In this document: positions 10,497-20,399 of the stretch, in pieces
How positions within the stretch are numbered: the first letter of the stretch is position 1
Layout of the letters: the number at the start of each line of letters is the position of its first letter
IMG/VR virus record: IMGVR_UViG_3300025889_000077
Length of the DNA stretch: 59,382 bases
Direction: 5' to 3' (one strand)
Source of the DNA: an uncultured virus (IMG/VR IMGVR_UViG_3300025889_000077)
Lineage: Duplodnaviria; Heunggongvirae; Uroviricota; Caudoviricetes
Notes under the pieces: generated by a model
Database searches by the model: none
Told to the model about the DNA's origin: nothing
The model's input: the letters and a program-made list of their open reading frames with translations, nothing else
Translations under genes and position numbers: made by a program

Positions 10497-11442
10497 AATT
10501 TGTATTACTGGTATGGCTGGTTTCATTGGTTTTCACACAGCAAGAAAACTACATGAATCCGGTCATGAAGTCGTAGGTTTTGATAATTACAATAGTTATT
10601 ATGACGTGCTTTTGAAACACGCAAGGCGGCAAGAACTTGAGAAATTGGGCATCAAAGTGCCTTATGTAGATTTGACTTCGAAGAAATCTCTTTCGAAGTT
10701 CATGAAAAACCACAAACCAGATTTGGTGATTCACCTAGCAGCAATGGCAGGTGTTCGACATTCAATGGAAGATCCTGAAGCATATATTCAAAATAATATT
10801 GTCGGTACCCACAATCTCATTCAAGCAATGGATGTTGCTGGAGTGAAAAACTGTGTTTATGCCTCTACTTCTTGCGTCATGGCTGGCAATGAACTTCCAT
10901 GGAAAGAGAATGAGAAATGTGACTATCAGTTGAATCCTTATGGGTATTCCAAATTTACAAACGAATCTCAATTCATGGCCTCTTCTCTCAAAAATGCTAT
11001 AGGACTTCGATTCTTTACAGTCTATGGTCCTTGGGGCAGACCAGACATGGCTCTATTCACATTCACGAAAAATATAGTTGAAAATGAACCTATTGTGTTG
11101 TATAATTATGGTAATATGGTTCGCGATTTTACATATGTTGATGATATTGTACAAGGTATTGAAATCGTCGTAAATCGAGCATTGTCTGGTAAAGAGGAAA
11201 AAGAAATCTACAATATCGGATATGGTGATCAAGTTCAATTGATGGATTTTGTAGAAGAGATTGAAAAAAATCTTGGAAGAAAATCTATACATGATTTGCA
11301 ACCAAAACATCCGGCGGACACGCAAGCAACGTGGTCTGATACGACGAAATTACAATCATTGGGTTACAAACCGACAACATCAATAGAAGATGGTGTTGCT
11401 AGGTTTGTGGAATGGTTCAAAAACTACTATGGAGTGAATTGA
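10489..11442 (+). CDS. UDP-glucuronate 4-epimerase-like NAD-dependent epimerase
   Basis: GMAGFIG, HLAAMAGVRHS, YGYSK, LRFFTVYGPWGRPDMA; GTG start at 10489. Confidence 0.92.
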   Translation: MSKICITGMAGFIGFHTARKLHESGHEVVGFDNYNSYYDVLLKHARRQELEKLGIKVPYVDLTSKKSLSKFMKNHKPDLVIHLAAMAGVRHSMEDPEAYIQNNIVGTHNLIQAMDVAGVKNCVYASTSCVMAGNELPWKENEKCDYQLNPYGYSKFTNESQFMASSLKNAIGLRFFTVYGPWGRPDMALFTFTKNIVENEPIVLYNYGNMVRDFTYVDDIVQGIEIVVNRALSGKEEKEIYNIGYGDQVQLMDFVEEIEKNLGRKSIHDLQPKHPADTQATWSDTTKLQSLGYKPTTSIEDGVARFVEWFKNYYGVN

Positions 11443-12296
11443 TGCACATACTTATTATTGGTCATGGTTTTGTTGGTAAAGCAGTTGATTATGGATTCTC
11501 AACAAAGGGTGTTCGAAAAACAATTGTTGATCCAATTTATGATGGGGTTCCAGTAGCATCGGCCGGATACTGGCCGTCTATAGATGATATCAAAGATATG
11601 ACCGACTTTGATTTGATCTTTGTATGTGTTCCGACGCCTATGAACGATGATGGATCAATCAATTCGTCAATTGTAGAAGAAACGGTATCATACTTGAATG
11701 GAAATGAAGTTTCGGGTATTATTGTTATCAAATCTACCATCACTCCAGATGTCGCAGAAAAGTTGCACAAATATGATAGAGTAGTTTACAATCCGGAGTT
11801 TCTGACTGAGAGAACTGCTAACGAAGATTTTGTAAATCCACCTATGCATGTATTTGGAGGTGAACAATATTTTACGGAAACTGTTCAACGCATATACGAG
11901 CAACATTCTTTATGTAAGCCTTGTCCCGTATTTCATATGACTGTGAAAGAGGCGTCATTCGTCAAGTATGGTATCAACACATATCTGGCAAGTAAAGTTG
12001 CTTGGTTCAATCAGTTTTATGATGTTGTAACAAACTATGGTGGTGCATTTCATAAAGTTATTGGTGCCATGACAACAGATGAACGCATTGGCAAATCACA
12101 CACAAACGTTCCAGGATTTGATGGTAAGCGAGGCTTCGGCGGCGCGTGTTTCCCCAAAGACACAAATGCGTTTTTGAACTTCGATCCATCATTTACGCTA
12201 TTGCGTGAAGTGATCGCAATCAATAATGCAATGCGAAGCGTCTACGAAAAAGATGATAGAGAAAAAGAACAGAATGTGAAATATGATAATACCTGA
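11442..12296 (+). CDS. UDP-glucose 6-dehydrogenase (short phage form)
   Basis: GHGFVG, CVPTP, KST, NPEFL, GFGGACFPKD. Confidence 0.9.
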   Translation: MHILIIGHGFVGKAVDYGFSTKGVRKTIVDPIYDGVPVASAGYWPSIDDIKDMTDFDLIFVCVPTPMNDDGSINSSIVEETVSYLNGNEVSGIIVIKSTITPDVAEKLHKYDRVVYNPEFLTERTANEDFVNPPMHVFGGEQYFTETVQRIYEQHSLCKPCPVFHMTVKEASFVKYGINTYLASKVAWFNQFYDVVTNYGGAFHKVIGAMTTDERIGKSHTNVPGFDGKRGFGGACFPKDTNAFLNFDPSFTLLREVIAINNAMRSVYEKDDREKEQNVKYDNT

Positions 12297-13419
12297 AAAT
12301 GATGCCGCTTGGGCTGCGGATCAATTTATCAACTATTTTAAAAATTTTACCTCAATTGAAGACTATCTTCGATATGCCAAAAAAGAAGCATTAAAATCTT
12401 TGCCAAATAAATTGGAAGGGTTTTCAAATGTTGACAAGTTTCTAAATGAAGATATGCATCCCGAAGATATGGAATTCAGTATTAGATTTGTTGGTGACAG
12501 ATTTAAAAATACACATAAAGATTTTGTTTCTCAAAACACATATAATGGACTGATTACTGCGACCTCTTCGCATGTTATTGAAAAAAATATACCGGGTAGA
12601 GAATTGAGATGGATGATTTATGAAAAAAATACCAATAAATGTGTTGGATTTATTCGCTTTGGTTCTCCAGTAATAAATTCAAAACCAAGAAATCTTTGGT
12701 TAGGAAAAGCGCCTGATCTATCTATCTTTAATAGACATGCTGCAATGGGATTTGTAATCGTTCCATCGCAACCATTTGGATATAATTATCTTGGTGGAAA
12801 ACTACTTGCACTTCTTTGTTGTTCCCATTTTGCCCGAGAAACCTTGAATGATGTATTTGAAAAAGACATTGCACTATTCGAAACCACATCTTTATATGGT
12901 TCAACAACAGACGCATCACAATATGATGGATTAAAACCATTTATGAGATATAAAGGTCTTACGGAAAGTAAATTTATGCCTTTGCTTCATGATGATGCAT
13001 TTCATCTTTTACATAATCACTTTACAATATTAAATAATAATACACCCCTCACCGAGAACACAGCCTCTTCGAAAAAGATGAAGAGACAAAACATAATGAT
13101 TAGTTCGATAAAAAAATCTTTACAAGATCCGCTCAAACTTGCCGAGTTTAATTCGGTTATAAAAACTGCTTTGGGTCTTACTCAAAGAAAGCGATTCTAT
13201 ATTTCAGATTATGGATACGAAAATGTCCGCGAAGTTATACTTGGTGAACAAGAAGAACTTCGTCGCGGACCCAACTGGGATAAATTTTATCTTGATAACA
13301 TCATTAATTGGTGGAAGAAAAAAGCATCCAAAAGATATGAAAAACTAAAAAATGAAGGTCGCTTTCGAAATAAAGTCGAACTTTGGGATGAAGACGACAA
13401 TATACAAATTATTAGGTAA
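12283..13419 (+). CDS. DUF4338 (DruA / Mom-like) domain protein, paralog 2
   Basis: VPSQPFGYNYLGGKLLALL and TTSLYG...SQYDGLK, shared with paralog 1. Confidence 0.75.
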   Translation: MIIPENDAAWAADQFINYFKNFTSIEDYLRYAKKEALKSLPNKLEGFSNVDKFLNEDMHPEDMEFSIRFVGDRFKNTHKDFVSQNTYNGLITATSSHVIEKNIPGRELRWMIYEKNTNKCVGFIRFGSPVINSKPRNLWLGKAPDLSIFNRHAAMGFVIVPSQPFGYNYLGGKLLALLCCSHFARETLNDVFEKDIALFETTSLYGSTTDASQYDGLKPFMRYKGLTESKFMPLLHDDAFHLLHNHFTILNNNTPLTENTASSKKMKRQNIMISSIKKSLQDPLKLAEFNSVIKTALGLTQRKRFYISDYGYENVREVILGEQEELRRGPNWDKFYLDNIINWWKKKASKRYEKLKNEGRFRNKVELWDEDDNIQIIR

Positions 13420-13430
13420 TTTTGCAAATT

Positions 13431-13967
13431 ATGGGCAAGAGAAGTGATTTTGAAAGAATTGAGAGGGATTATTACCCAACTCCAATAGAGGCAGTAAAAC
13501 CTCTCATTTCCCATTTACCCAAATCATTTGTTTATGCTGAACCCTGTGCTGGTGATGGTAGACTTACACAACACTTGGATATACTCACAGATTCAAACTG
13601 TATCTGTTCTCTTATGTCCGATATTGAACCACAAGATGACGGCATTGAAAAGATAGATGCCATGAAAGTCGTGGTTCCAAATAACACAGATTTGATCATC
13701 ACAAATCCTCCTTGGGACCGCAAAATACTTCATCCGATGATTGAGAGATTTTCGAGTATTCGTCCTACTTGGTTATTGTTTGACGCGAACTGGATGTTCA
13801 CAAAGCAAGCAAAAGACTATTTGTCATATTGTTCAAAGATCGTTACAATAGGCCGAGTCAAATGGATAGAAAACTCAAAGAAATCTGGCAAAGACGATGC
13901 TTGTTGGTATCTGTTTGATCAAAACAATCAGCACCAGACAAAGTTTTTCTGTAGACAAAGCGCATAA
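13431..13967 (+). CDS. N6-adenine/N4-cytosine DNA methyltransferase
   Basis: DYYPTP, EPCAGDG, IITNPPW. Confidence 0.88.
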   Translation: MGKRSDFERIERDYYPTPIEAVKPLISHLPKSFVYAEPCAGDGRLTQHLDILTDSNCICSLMSDIEPQDDGIEKIDAMKVVVPNNTDLIITNPPWDRKILHPMIERFSSIRPTWLLFDANWMFTKQAKDYLSYCSKIVTIGRVKWIENSKKSGKDDACWYLFDQNNQHQTKFFCRQSA

Positions 13968-14012
13968 ATTGTGATAGAATGAATAAGTATAGATTTCAAT
14001 AAGGAGAATTGT

Positions 14013-15095
14013 ATGTCGTCAATTATGGACAAACTCAAAAAGAATTCAAAAATCAAAACAACAGATATTTTATCGGAATCAAAGTTCTTCAACGAAAAAG
14101 ATATGATTTCTACTCCAGTACCAATGATCAATGTCGCATTGTCTGGTTCTGTTGATGGTGGTCTCACGCCCGGGCTGACTGTTCTTGCCGGGCCTTCCAA
14201 GCACTTCAAAACATCATTCGCACTCATTATGGCATCAGCATATTTGGAAAAGTATCCCGAATCTGTTATATTATTCTATGATTCCGAGTTTGGATCACCC
14301 CAAGCATATTTTGACCAGTTTGGTATTGATACAAATCGTGTTCTTCACACTCCCGTGACCAATGTCGAGGAACTCAAGTTTGATCTTGTCAGTCAGTTAG
14401 AAAATCTTGACAGAAATGACAAAGTTGTTATTGTTATCGATTCGGTTGGCAACTTGGCGTCCAAGAAAGAACTTGAAGATACATTGTCCGAAAAGTCTGT
14501 TGCCGATATGTCAAGAGCGAAGGCGCTCAAGAGTCTTTTCCGAATGACTACACCATATCTCGCCATGAAGAATATTCCGATGCTTGCAATCAATCATACA
14601 TATAAAGAGATTGGGTTGTTTCCAAAAGATGTGGTTTCTGGTGGTACTGGTATTTACTATTCAGCCGACAATATCTGGATCATTGGTCGGAGACAGAACA
14701 AAAAAGGCACCGAAGTTCAAGGTTACGATTTTGTGATCAATGTGGAGAAATCGCGATATGTTAAAGAAAAGTCTAAAATTCCTATCACAGTTAGTTGGGA
14801 TGGTGGGGTTCACAATTTCTCTGGCTTACTTGATGTTGCTCTGGCTGGTAATTATGTTGTTAAGCCTTCCAATGGTTGGTATACTCGTAATCTCAATATT
14901 TCTGATAACAAGACCGATGACACAGAGGGAGTATCTTCTGATGGAAAGGTCCGTGAAGCGGAAACTTTACGAGAAGATTGGTGGCGACCAATATTCGAAA
15001 TGACAGACTTCAAGGATTTTATCAAGAAACAATACACGATTGGTTATAAATCTGTAGTGAATATGGATGATATTTTAGAGACAGAAGATGAATAA
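14013..15095 (+). CDS. uvsX: RecA-like recombinase
   Basis: AGPSKHFKT, YDSEFG, SVADMSRAK. Confidence 0.97.
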   Translation: MSSIMDKLKKNSKIKTTDILSESKFFNEKDMISTPVPMINVALSGSVDGGLTPGLTVLAGPSKHFKTSFALIMASAYLEKYPESVILFYDSEFGSPQAYFDQFGIDTNRVLHTPVTNVEELKFDLVSQLENLDRNDKVVIVIDSVGNLASKKELEDTLSEKSVADMSRAKALKSLFRMTTPYLAMKNIPMLAINHTYKEIGLFPKDVVSGGTGIYYSADNIWIIGRRQNKKGTEVQGYDFVINVEKSRYVKEKSKIPITVSWDGGVHNFSGLLDVALAGNYVVKPSNGWYTRNLNISDNKTDDTEGVSSDGKVREAETLREDWWRPIFEMTDFKDFIKKQYTIGYKSVVNMDDILETEDE

Positions 15096-15372
15096 TGTTC
15101 TTGTAGAAAATATCGATTACGAACTGTTTCCACAAGATGAAAGTGAAAATTGGTCCATTCGAATTCTAAAGGGCGATTTTGTGGAGACTGTTATACAATT
15201 TGGTATGCTAAGAGTTGCTGAAGACGGAGAATCTATGAAATATGATTTCAATGTGATACAATCTCCAAATGATGAAGCAGTAATTGAAAATGATGCTTTA
15301 CAAGAACTCGCTGGTGATGTATTATTCTCTATATTGAATTCTTTGAATGAAAAGGAAAAAATAATTGAATGA
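15088..15372 (+). CDS. Hypothetical protein at the gp40 position
   Basis: Acidic 94-aa ORF between uvsX and gp41. Confidence 0.55.
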   Translation: MNNVLVENIDYELFPQDESENWSIRILKGDFVETVIQFGMLRVAEDGESMKYDFNVIQSPNDEAVIENDALQELAGDVLFSILNSLNEKEKIIE

Positions 15373-16726
15373 TAGTATCGAACAAGTTATTCTACAAAAT
15401 CTGTTTACAAATGATGACTACCTAAGAAAAGCAATTCCATTTATCAAGCCTTCTTATTTTGGAGATGTGTATAAAACGATTTTTATTGAATTCAGTAAAT
15501 ATGTCGGAAAATACAATAAAATACCCACTTCTGAAACGTTTCTTATCGAATTGAGTAACTCGGAAATATCTAATGATCGTTATGAAACGATCAAAAATAT
15601 GGTCGGCGATCTGTTCGTAAAGTCGGATGTTGATTATACTTGGTTATTGAATGGTACAGAAAAATGGTGTCAAGATAGAGCATTATACAATGCCGTCATT
15701 GAATCGATTAATATCATTGACGGTAAACACAAGACACTCACAAAAAATGCTTTGCCTGACATTCTTCAAAAGGCATTGAATGTTTCTTTCGATAGAAATG
15801 TCGGTCATTCTTATCTTGAAGATTATCAAAAACGATTTGAGTACTATCACACAAAAGAGTACAAGATACCTTTTGACATTGAACTGTTGAATGAAATCAC
15901 ATCAGGTGGTCTTTCCAAGAAAACGCTCAACATGCTTCTTGGTGGAACCGGCGGTGGCAAATCTCTTGGTATGTGTCATTGTTCTGCGGCATGGCTTTCC
16001 ATGGGTTATAATGTTTTGTATATCACTGCCGAAATGTCTGAAGAAAAAATTGCTGAAAGAATAGACGCGAATCTTTTGGATATTCCCATTTCGGAAATCA
16101 AAGATATTCCTGAAGATATGTTCACCTCTCGTATAAATAATCTTATAAAGAAGACGAAGGGTAAACTTATCATCAAAGAATATCCGACTGCTTCAGCAAA
16201 CGTAAATCATTTTAGAGCCTTGTTAAACGAACTGAATCTGAAAAAATCTTTCAAACCTGATGTGATAGTTATAGACTATCTCAACATCTGCGCCTCTTCA
16301 AGAATGAAGGCAATAGGTGGTTCAGTCAACTCATACTCATACATCAAAGCGATTGCCGAAGAAGTTCGTGGTCTTGCTGTAGAATTTGATGTTCCTATTC
16401 TTTCTGCTACTCAAACAACACGCAGTGGTTATTCGAGTTCTGATCCGGGCCTTGAAGACACTTCAGAATCATTTGGTCTTCCGGCAACTGCTGATTTGTT
16501 TCTTGCTCTAGTTTCTTCCGAGGAACTGGAGGAACAGGGTCTCATTATGATAAAGCAGTTGAAGAATCGGTATAATGATGTGAACTATAAAAAACGCTTT
16601 ACAGTTGGCATAAATCGTAGTAAAATGAAATGGTATGACGCTGAAGAACAGACTGAACTTACAGAAACAGACCCCGTGTTTGACAAGACTGAAATAAACG
16701 AGAGATTTAAAGATTTTAAACTATAG
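15365..16726 (+). CDS. gp41: Replicative helicase
   Basis: GGTGGGKS, IKEYPT, IDYLNIC, SESFGLPATAD, KQLKNRY. Confidence 0.97.
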   Translation: MNDSIEQVILQNLFTNDDYLRKAIPFIKPSYFGDVYKTIFIEFSKYVGKYNKIPTSETFLIELSNSEISNDRYETIKNMVGDLFVKSDVDYTWLLNGTEKWCQDRALYNAVIESINIIDGKHKTLTKNALPDILQKALNVSFDRNVGHSYLEDYQKRFEYYHTKEYKIPFDIELLNEITSGGLSKKTLNMLLGGTGGGKSLGMCHCSAAWLSMGYNVLYITAEMSEEKIAERIDANLLDIPISEIKDIPEDMFTSRINNLIKKTKGKLIIKEYPTASANVNHFRALLNELNLKKSFKPDVIVIDYLNICASSRMKAIGGSVNSYSYIKAIAEEVRGLAVEFDVPILSATQTTRSGYSSSDPGLEDTSESFGLPATADLFLALVSSEELEEQGLIMIKQLKNRYNDVNYKKRFTVGINRSKMKWYDAEEQTELTETDPVFDKTEINERFKDFKL

Positions 16727-16737
16727 GAGATTATATT

Positions 16738-16998
16738 ATGGGTAAAAAGAGTTCTGGTAAGACTTACACTTCAAAAGGTGAAAGGCCTTCAGTAAATAAA
16801 AAAATTCGTAATGCTATGCGAAGAGATACGGTTGCTTCTGGTGATCGTCTTATGAATCAATTGAAGGCACATAAAGCAGATAAAAAAACTGTGGTTACGA
16901 TTGAGAACCCTAATAAAAATGAAACCAACAAACGATATATAAAAGTAGATGGTAAACACTATTTTAGAAATGATGCAAAAAGGTTGGCTCCGTTGTAA
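16738..16998 (+). CDS. Basic hypothetical protein
   Basis: AGGAG RBS; K/R-rich 86 aa. Confidence 0.7.
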   Translation: MGKKSSGKTYTSKGERPSVNKKIRNAMRRDTVASGDRLMNQLKAHKADKKTVVTIENPNKNETNKRYIKVDGKHYFRNDAKRLAPL

Positions 16999-16999
16999 T

Positions 17000-17674
17000 A
17001 TGAAAGTCAGATTAATCGGATATACACAACCAACCGAATCATTTAAAAGAGAAACTGATATTTCTAATGTTCAGGATTTCATCGCATATTGTGCGAGAGT
17101 ATCAAATCCTGAAAACCAAATCAACAACTCTACTGGTAAGAAACTTATCAAATATTTGATTGAACACAAACATTGGTCTCCACTAGAAATGGTGGATGCC
17201 AATATAGAAATAGAAACGACCCGTGATATTGCTAGGCAAATGCTTCGTCACAAAACCATGTCGTTTCAAGAATACTCCCAACGATATGCTGATCCGACTC
17301 AACTTGAAGATGCTTTCGTGCTGCGTGAAGCTAGACTTCAAGATCCAAAAAATCGCCAGAACTCTTTGCCATTGGATGACGAAGATATTAATAAGCGATG
17401 GTTGATGAAACAAGATCAGATTATCTATGAAGCGAAGTTGGCATATAAATGGGCGATTGAAAACGGTATCGCCAAAGAACAGGCTCGATGCGTTTTGCCA
17501 GAAGGTAATACTGTTTCGAGATTGTACGCAAAAGCATCGATTCGCACGTGGATTCATTATGTAGAACTAAGAAGTGGTCACGGCACCCAAAAAGAACATA
17601 TTTTATTGGCGAAAGAAATTGGTTATGCTATTTCACAAATCTTTCCGATGATGGAGGATTTCATTTCAACTTAA
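17000..17674 (+). CDS. thyX: Flavin-dependent thymidylate synthase
   Basis: HWSPLE, RQMLRHKTMSFQEYSQRY, ARCVLP, TQKEH. Confidence 0.95.
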   Translation: MKVRLIGYTQPTESFKRETDISNVQDFIAYCARVSNPENQINNSTGKKLIKYLIEHKHWSPLEMVDANIEIETTRDIARQMLRHKTMSFQEYSQRYADPTQLEDAFVLREARLQDPKNRQNSLPLDDEDINKRWLMKQDQIIYEAKLAYKWAIENGIAKEQARCVLPEGNTVSRLYAKASIRTWIHYVELRSGHGTQKEHILLAKEIGYAISQIFPMMEDFIST

Positions 17675-17690
17675 CATAAGAGGTGACAAT

Positions 17691-17903
17691 ATGGAAATCA
17701 TTTCAAAACATGTAACTGAAGATCATAAAGGATATGCTACAGTCAATTTTGATTCTAAATCACAGCAATATGAAATCAAATTTTATGATGAAGGTCGTCA
17801 CTTATTTTATACAGAACTCAGAGAACACCTAGAAGATGCCCAAAATTTTGCCGATGACTGGACTGCTGGTATAGAGAAATTCTTTAGTGATGCGGCTGCC
17901 TAA
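17691..17903 (+). CDS. Hypothetical protein
   Basis: GAGG RBS; 70 aa; stop abuts phoH start. Confidence 0.65.
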   Translation: MEIISKHVTEDHKGYATVNFDSKSQQYEIKFYDEGRHLFYTELREHLEDAQNFADDWTAGIEKFFSDAAA

Positions 17904-18586
17904 TGGCATCAAGAAGAAAGACGACCTACAAGAATTCCGAATATAACAATTCTCCGTCTATTCTATTACCTAAAAACGAAAATCAGGCGCTCTATATCAG
18001 GGCGCTTGATACTTGTTCTCAGGTAATTGTATTTGGTCCTGCTGGTACAGGTAAAACTTATATCGCAGCAACATACGCTGCAAATCTTTATATTGAAAAG
18101 AAAATAGATAAGATTATCATCACAAGACCCCATGTTCCAGTTGGTCGTGAGATTGGATTTCTTCCAGGCACAATAGAAGAAAAATCGCAACCTTGGGCAT
18201 TACCAGTACTTGATGTTTTAGAAAGACATATGGGAAAGGGTATGTTAGAAACGGCAATAAAGAACAACAATGTAGAAATGGTTCCACTGGCTTTGATTCG
18301 CGGAAGAAACTTTGACGATTCTTTTGTGGTCGTTGATGAGGCCCAAAACATAACGGTTTCGGAAATCAAGGCACTTCTCACAAGAGTGGGAGAAGACTCA
18401 AAGATAGTATTAGATGGAGACATTCAGCAATCCGACATTAGTGAACAGTCGGGATTATCAAAGATCGTTCATCTTGCCAAAAAATACGATTTGAATATTC
18501 CGGTAATCGAGTTTACACACAAAGACATTGTTCGTTCGGACATATGCAAACAATGGATTGAAATATTTATGAAAGAAAAATTATGA
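17903..18586 (+). CDS. phoH: PhoH-family ATPase
   Basis: GPAGTGKT, GFLPG, RGRNF, DEAQN, GD..QSD. Confidence 0.95.
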   Translation: MASRRKTTYKNSEYNNSPSILLPKNENQALYIRALDTCSQVIVFGPAGTGKTYIAATYAANLYIEKKIDKIIITRPHVPVGREIGFLPGTIEEKSQPWALPVLDVLERHMGKGMLETAIKNNNVEMVPLALIRGRNFDDSFVVVDEAQNITVSEIKALLTRVGEDSKIVLDGDIQQSDISEQSGLSKIVHLAKKYDLNIPVIEFTHKDIVRSDICKQWIEIFMKEKL

Positions 18587-18872
18587 ATGTGAAAGAAAAA
18601 GTTCTAATATATAGAACGATGTATAAAAAAGTTAGAAAAAAGATAGCTTTTTCATTATACCAAGATATTGAAAAAATGATAGAGTCGGAAGTTGATAAAT
18701 CTGTGTGTGAAATATATGAAAATGTGTGGTATAAATGGCATGAACAAGAAAATGAAAATTGTAGTTTGGATTCAAGTCAGGTATCAAGTTAGAGGTCAAT
18801 GTAATGATTATTATGAATATGGCTTGACAATGATAAGAGAATCGCTTAATATATGAATATATCGAACTCGCG

Positions 18873-19706
18873 ATGAGCAAATACATAATGTCGAAAATTA
18901 AAATGCTAACGGAAGCCCAACTTGCTCAAATCCCTGAGTACGTTGAAAAATACACCAAACTCGGTCTTCGGACCGACCAGATTGATTTTGAAGTTGCAGT
19001 ACAGACTTTGAAGGACTTTCTGGGTGAAGATTGTGAACGTCACGAATTTGTATATGTCGCCTCGCCCAGCGGCATTCCCAAGAATGCAAAAAATATCACG
19101 TATGGAAATCATGACGTGAACTGGGTTGCGCATTACAAATTCTTCAACGACAATTTCGGAATTTGTCCTGAAATTGAGACTATGGTGCCTGTAATCGAAA
19201 ATCTCGGTTGGGTGTACTATGACGACAAGAAAATCTATGTCTGTGATCGGCCGACGAAGATCAAATTCGACGAACAGAATCGCACTCATAGCGAAACTGG
19301 TCCTGCAATCGAATATTCTGATGGGTTTGCAGTATATATCTGGCATGGAATGCGTGTTCCTAAAGAATGGATCATGAATAAGGAATCTCTGACTGAAAAA
19401 GAATTCTTCCGTCATCAGAATGCAGAACTGCGGCGTGCCGCCTGCGAAATTGTCGGTTGGAACAAAGTTCTCGACAAACTTTCTGCGAAAGTGATCGACG
19501 AGGACACTGACCCAGAGATTGGCACTCTCCTTGAAGTGAACATTCCCGATATCGGCAATGAACGCTTCTTGAAAGTGCTGTGTGGCACCAAGCGCGAATT
19601 CGCGATGCCGGTCCCGCCGACTGTCAAGACTGCAATCGAAGCACAGGCATGGATGCTTGGATTTGACGATGTGAATGAATTCATGCCGCCTGAATTCCGC
19701 ACTTAA
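18873..19706 (+). CDS. DUF6745-like protein
   Basis: LTEAQ..QIPEYVEKY; YGNHD..W; H...GPAIEYSDG..Y.WHG.RVP; NAELRR. Confidence 0.75.
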   Translation: MSKYIMSKIKMLTEAQLAQIPEYVEKYTKLGLRTDQIDFEVAVQTLKDFLGEDCERHEFVYVASPSGIPKNAKNITYGNHDVNWVAHYKFFNDNFGICPEIETMVPVIENLGWVYYDDKKIYVCDRPTKIKFDEQNRTHSETGPAIEYSDGFAVYIWHGMRVPKEWIMNKESLTEKEFFRHQNAELRRAACEIVGWNKVLDKLSAKVIDEDTDPEIGTLLEVNIPDIGNERFLKVLCGTKREFAMPVPPTVKTAIEAQAWMLGFDDVNEFMPPEFRT

Positions 19707-19734
19707 ACAGAAAATGAAATAAGGAGAAAAAATA

Positions 19735-20082
19735 ATGCGAGTAGTTAAAAACTTTGCAGCTCAGGGTGAAATGTACATTCGGCGGGTAGCAGAATTCAAA
19801 GAAGAAGCAAAGCCTGTAAATCCTGAGAAAGGGGTATTCATTCTTGCTCATTCTGAAACCGGGCATCACCATGTAATCGATGCGATGAAGGTTGATGTTA
19901 TGGAGCAAGTCAAAGTCCCTGAGGGGATGGGTATCCTACAGATGATTGTGAAAGAACCTGCTGAGGTAATTCACCTTCGTGGTACCGATACTCACGAACC
20001 CCTATACTTGACTGAGGGTAATTGGGAAATTCGTCTTCAGCGCGAATACACTCCCGAGGGATATCGTCGAGTGGCGGACTAA
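19735..20082 (+). CDS. His-rich partner protein typically adjacent to DUF6745 genes
   Basis: QGE...LAHSETGHHH...H....H...QREY.P...RRVAD. Confidence 0.7.
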   Translation: MRVVKNFAAQGEMYIRRVAEFKEEAKPVNPEKGVFILAHSETGHHHVIDAMKVDVMEQVKVPEGMGILQMIVKEPAEVIHLRGTDTHEPLYLTEGNWEIRLQREYTPEGYRRVAD

Positions 20083-20097
20083 TCGCCGCAGAAAACG

Positions 20098-20126
20098 AAA
20101 ATCGGGGAATTTTCCCCGATTTTTTT
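20098..20126 (+). terminator. Rho-independent terminator
   Basis: AAAATCGGGGAA/TTCCCCGATTTT followed by a T tract. Confidence 0.85.
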
Positions 20127-20153
20127 ATATCAAATGAAACATGGTTGAAGATT

Positions 20154-20352
20154 ATGAAAACTAATAATCAAGTCAGGGATCAAGTCTGGTTACAAGTCAA
20201 GGATCAAGTCTGGGGTCAAGTCTGGTTACAAATCTGGTATCAAGTCAGGGATCAAGTCGGGTATCAAGTCTGGGAGCAAGTCAGTAATCCAGTCTTGGAT
20301 CAAGTCCGGGGTCAATGGTATGAAAACTAATAATCAAGTCGGGAGTCAAGTT
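20154..20352 (+). repeat. 12-bp tandem repeat (CAAGTCnGGnnT) encoding QVxx tetrapeptides
   Basis: ORF 20154-20330 MKTNNQVRDQVWLQVKDQVWGQV...; ATGAAAACTAATAATCAAGTC repeated at 20154 and 20320. Confidence 0.9.
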
Positions 20353-20399
20353 GAGAATCTGTGTTATTATAAATAAACAATAGAACAGAGAAAAGTATT

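Noticed and set aside
4989..13419. Druantia defence system
   Set aside because: No DruE-like helicase or other Dru genes are present; only DUF4338 domains in a lytic phage replication operon.
20154..20352. Possible CRISPR array or DGR template/variable repeat
   Set aside because: Units are 12 bp with no unique spacers, differences are not adenine-specific, and no cas or reverse transcriptase gene is in the window.
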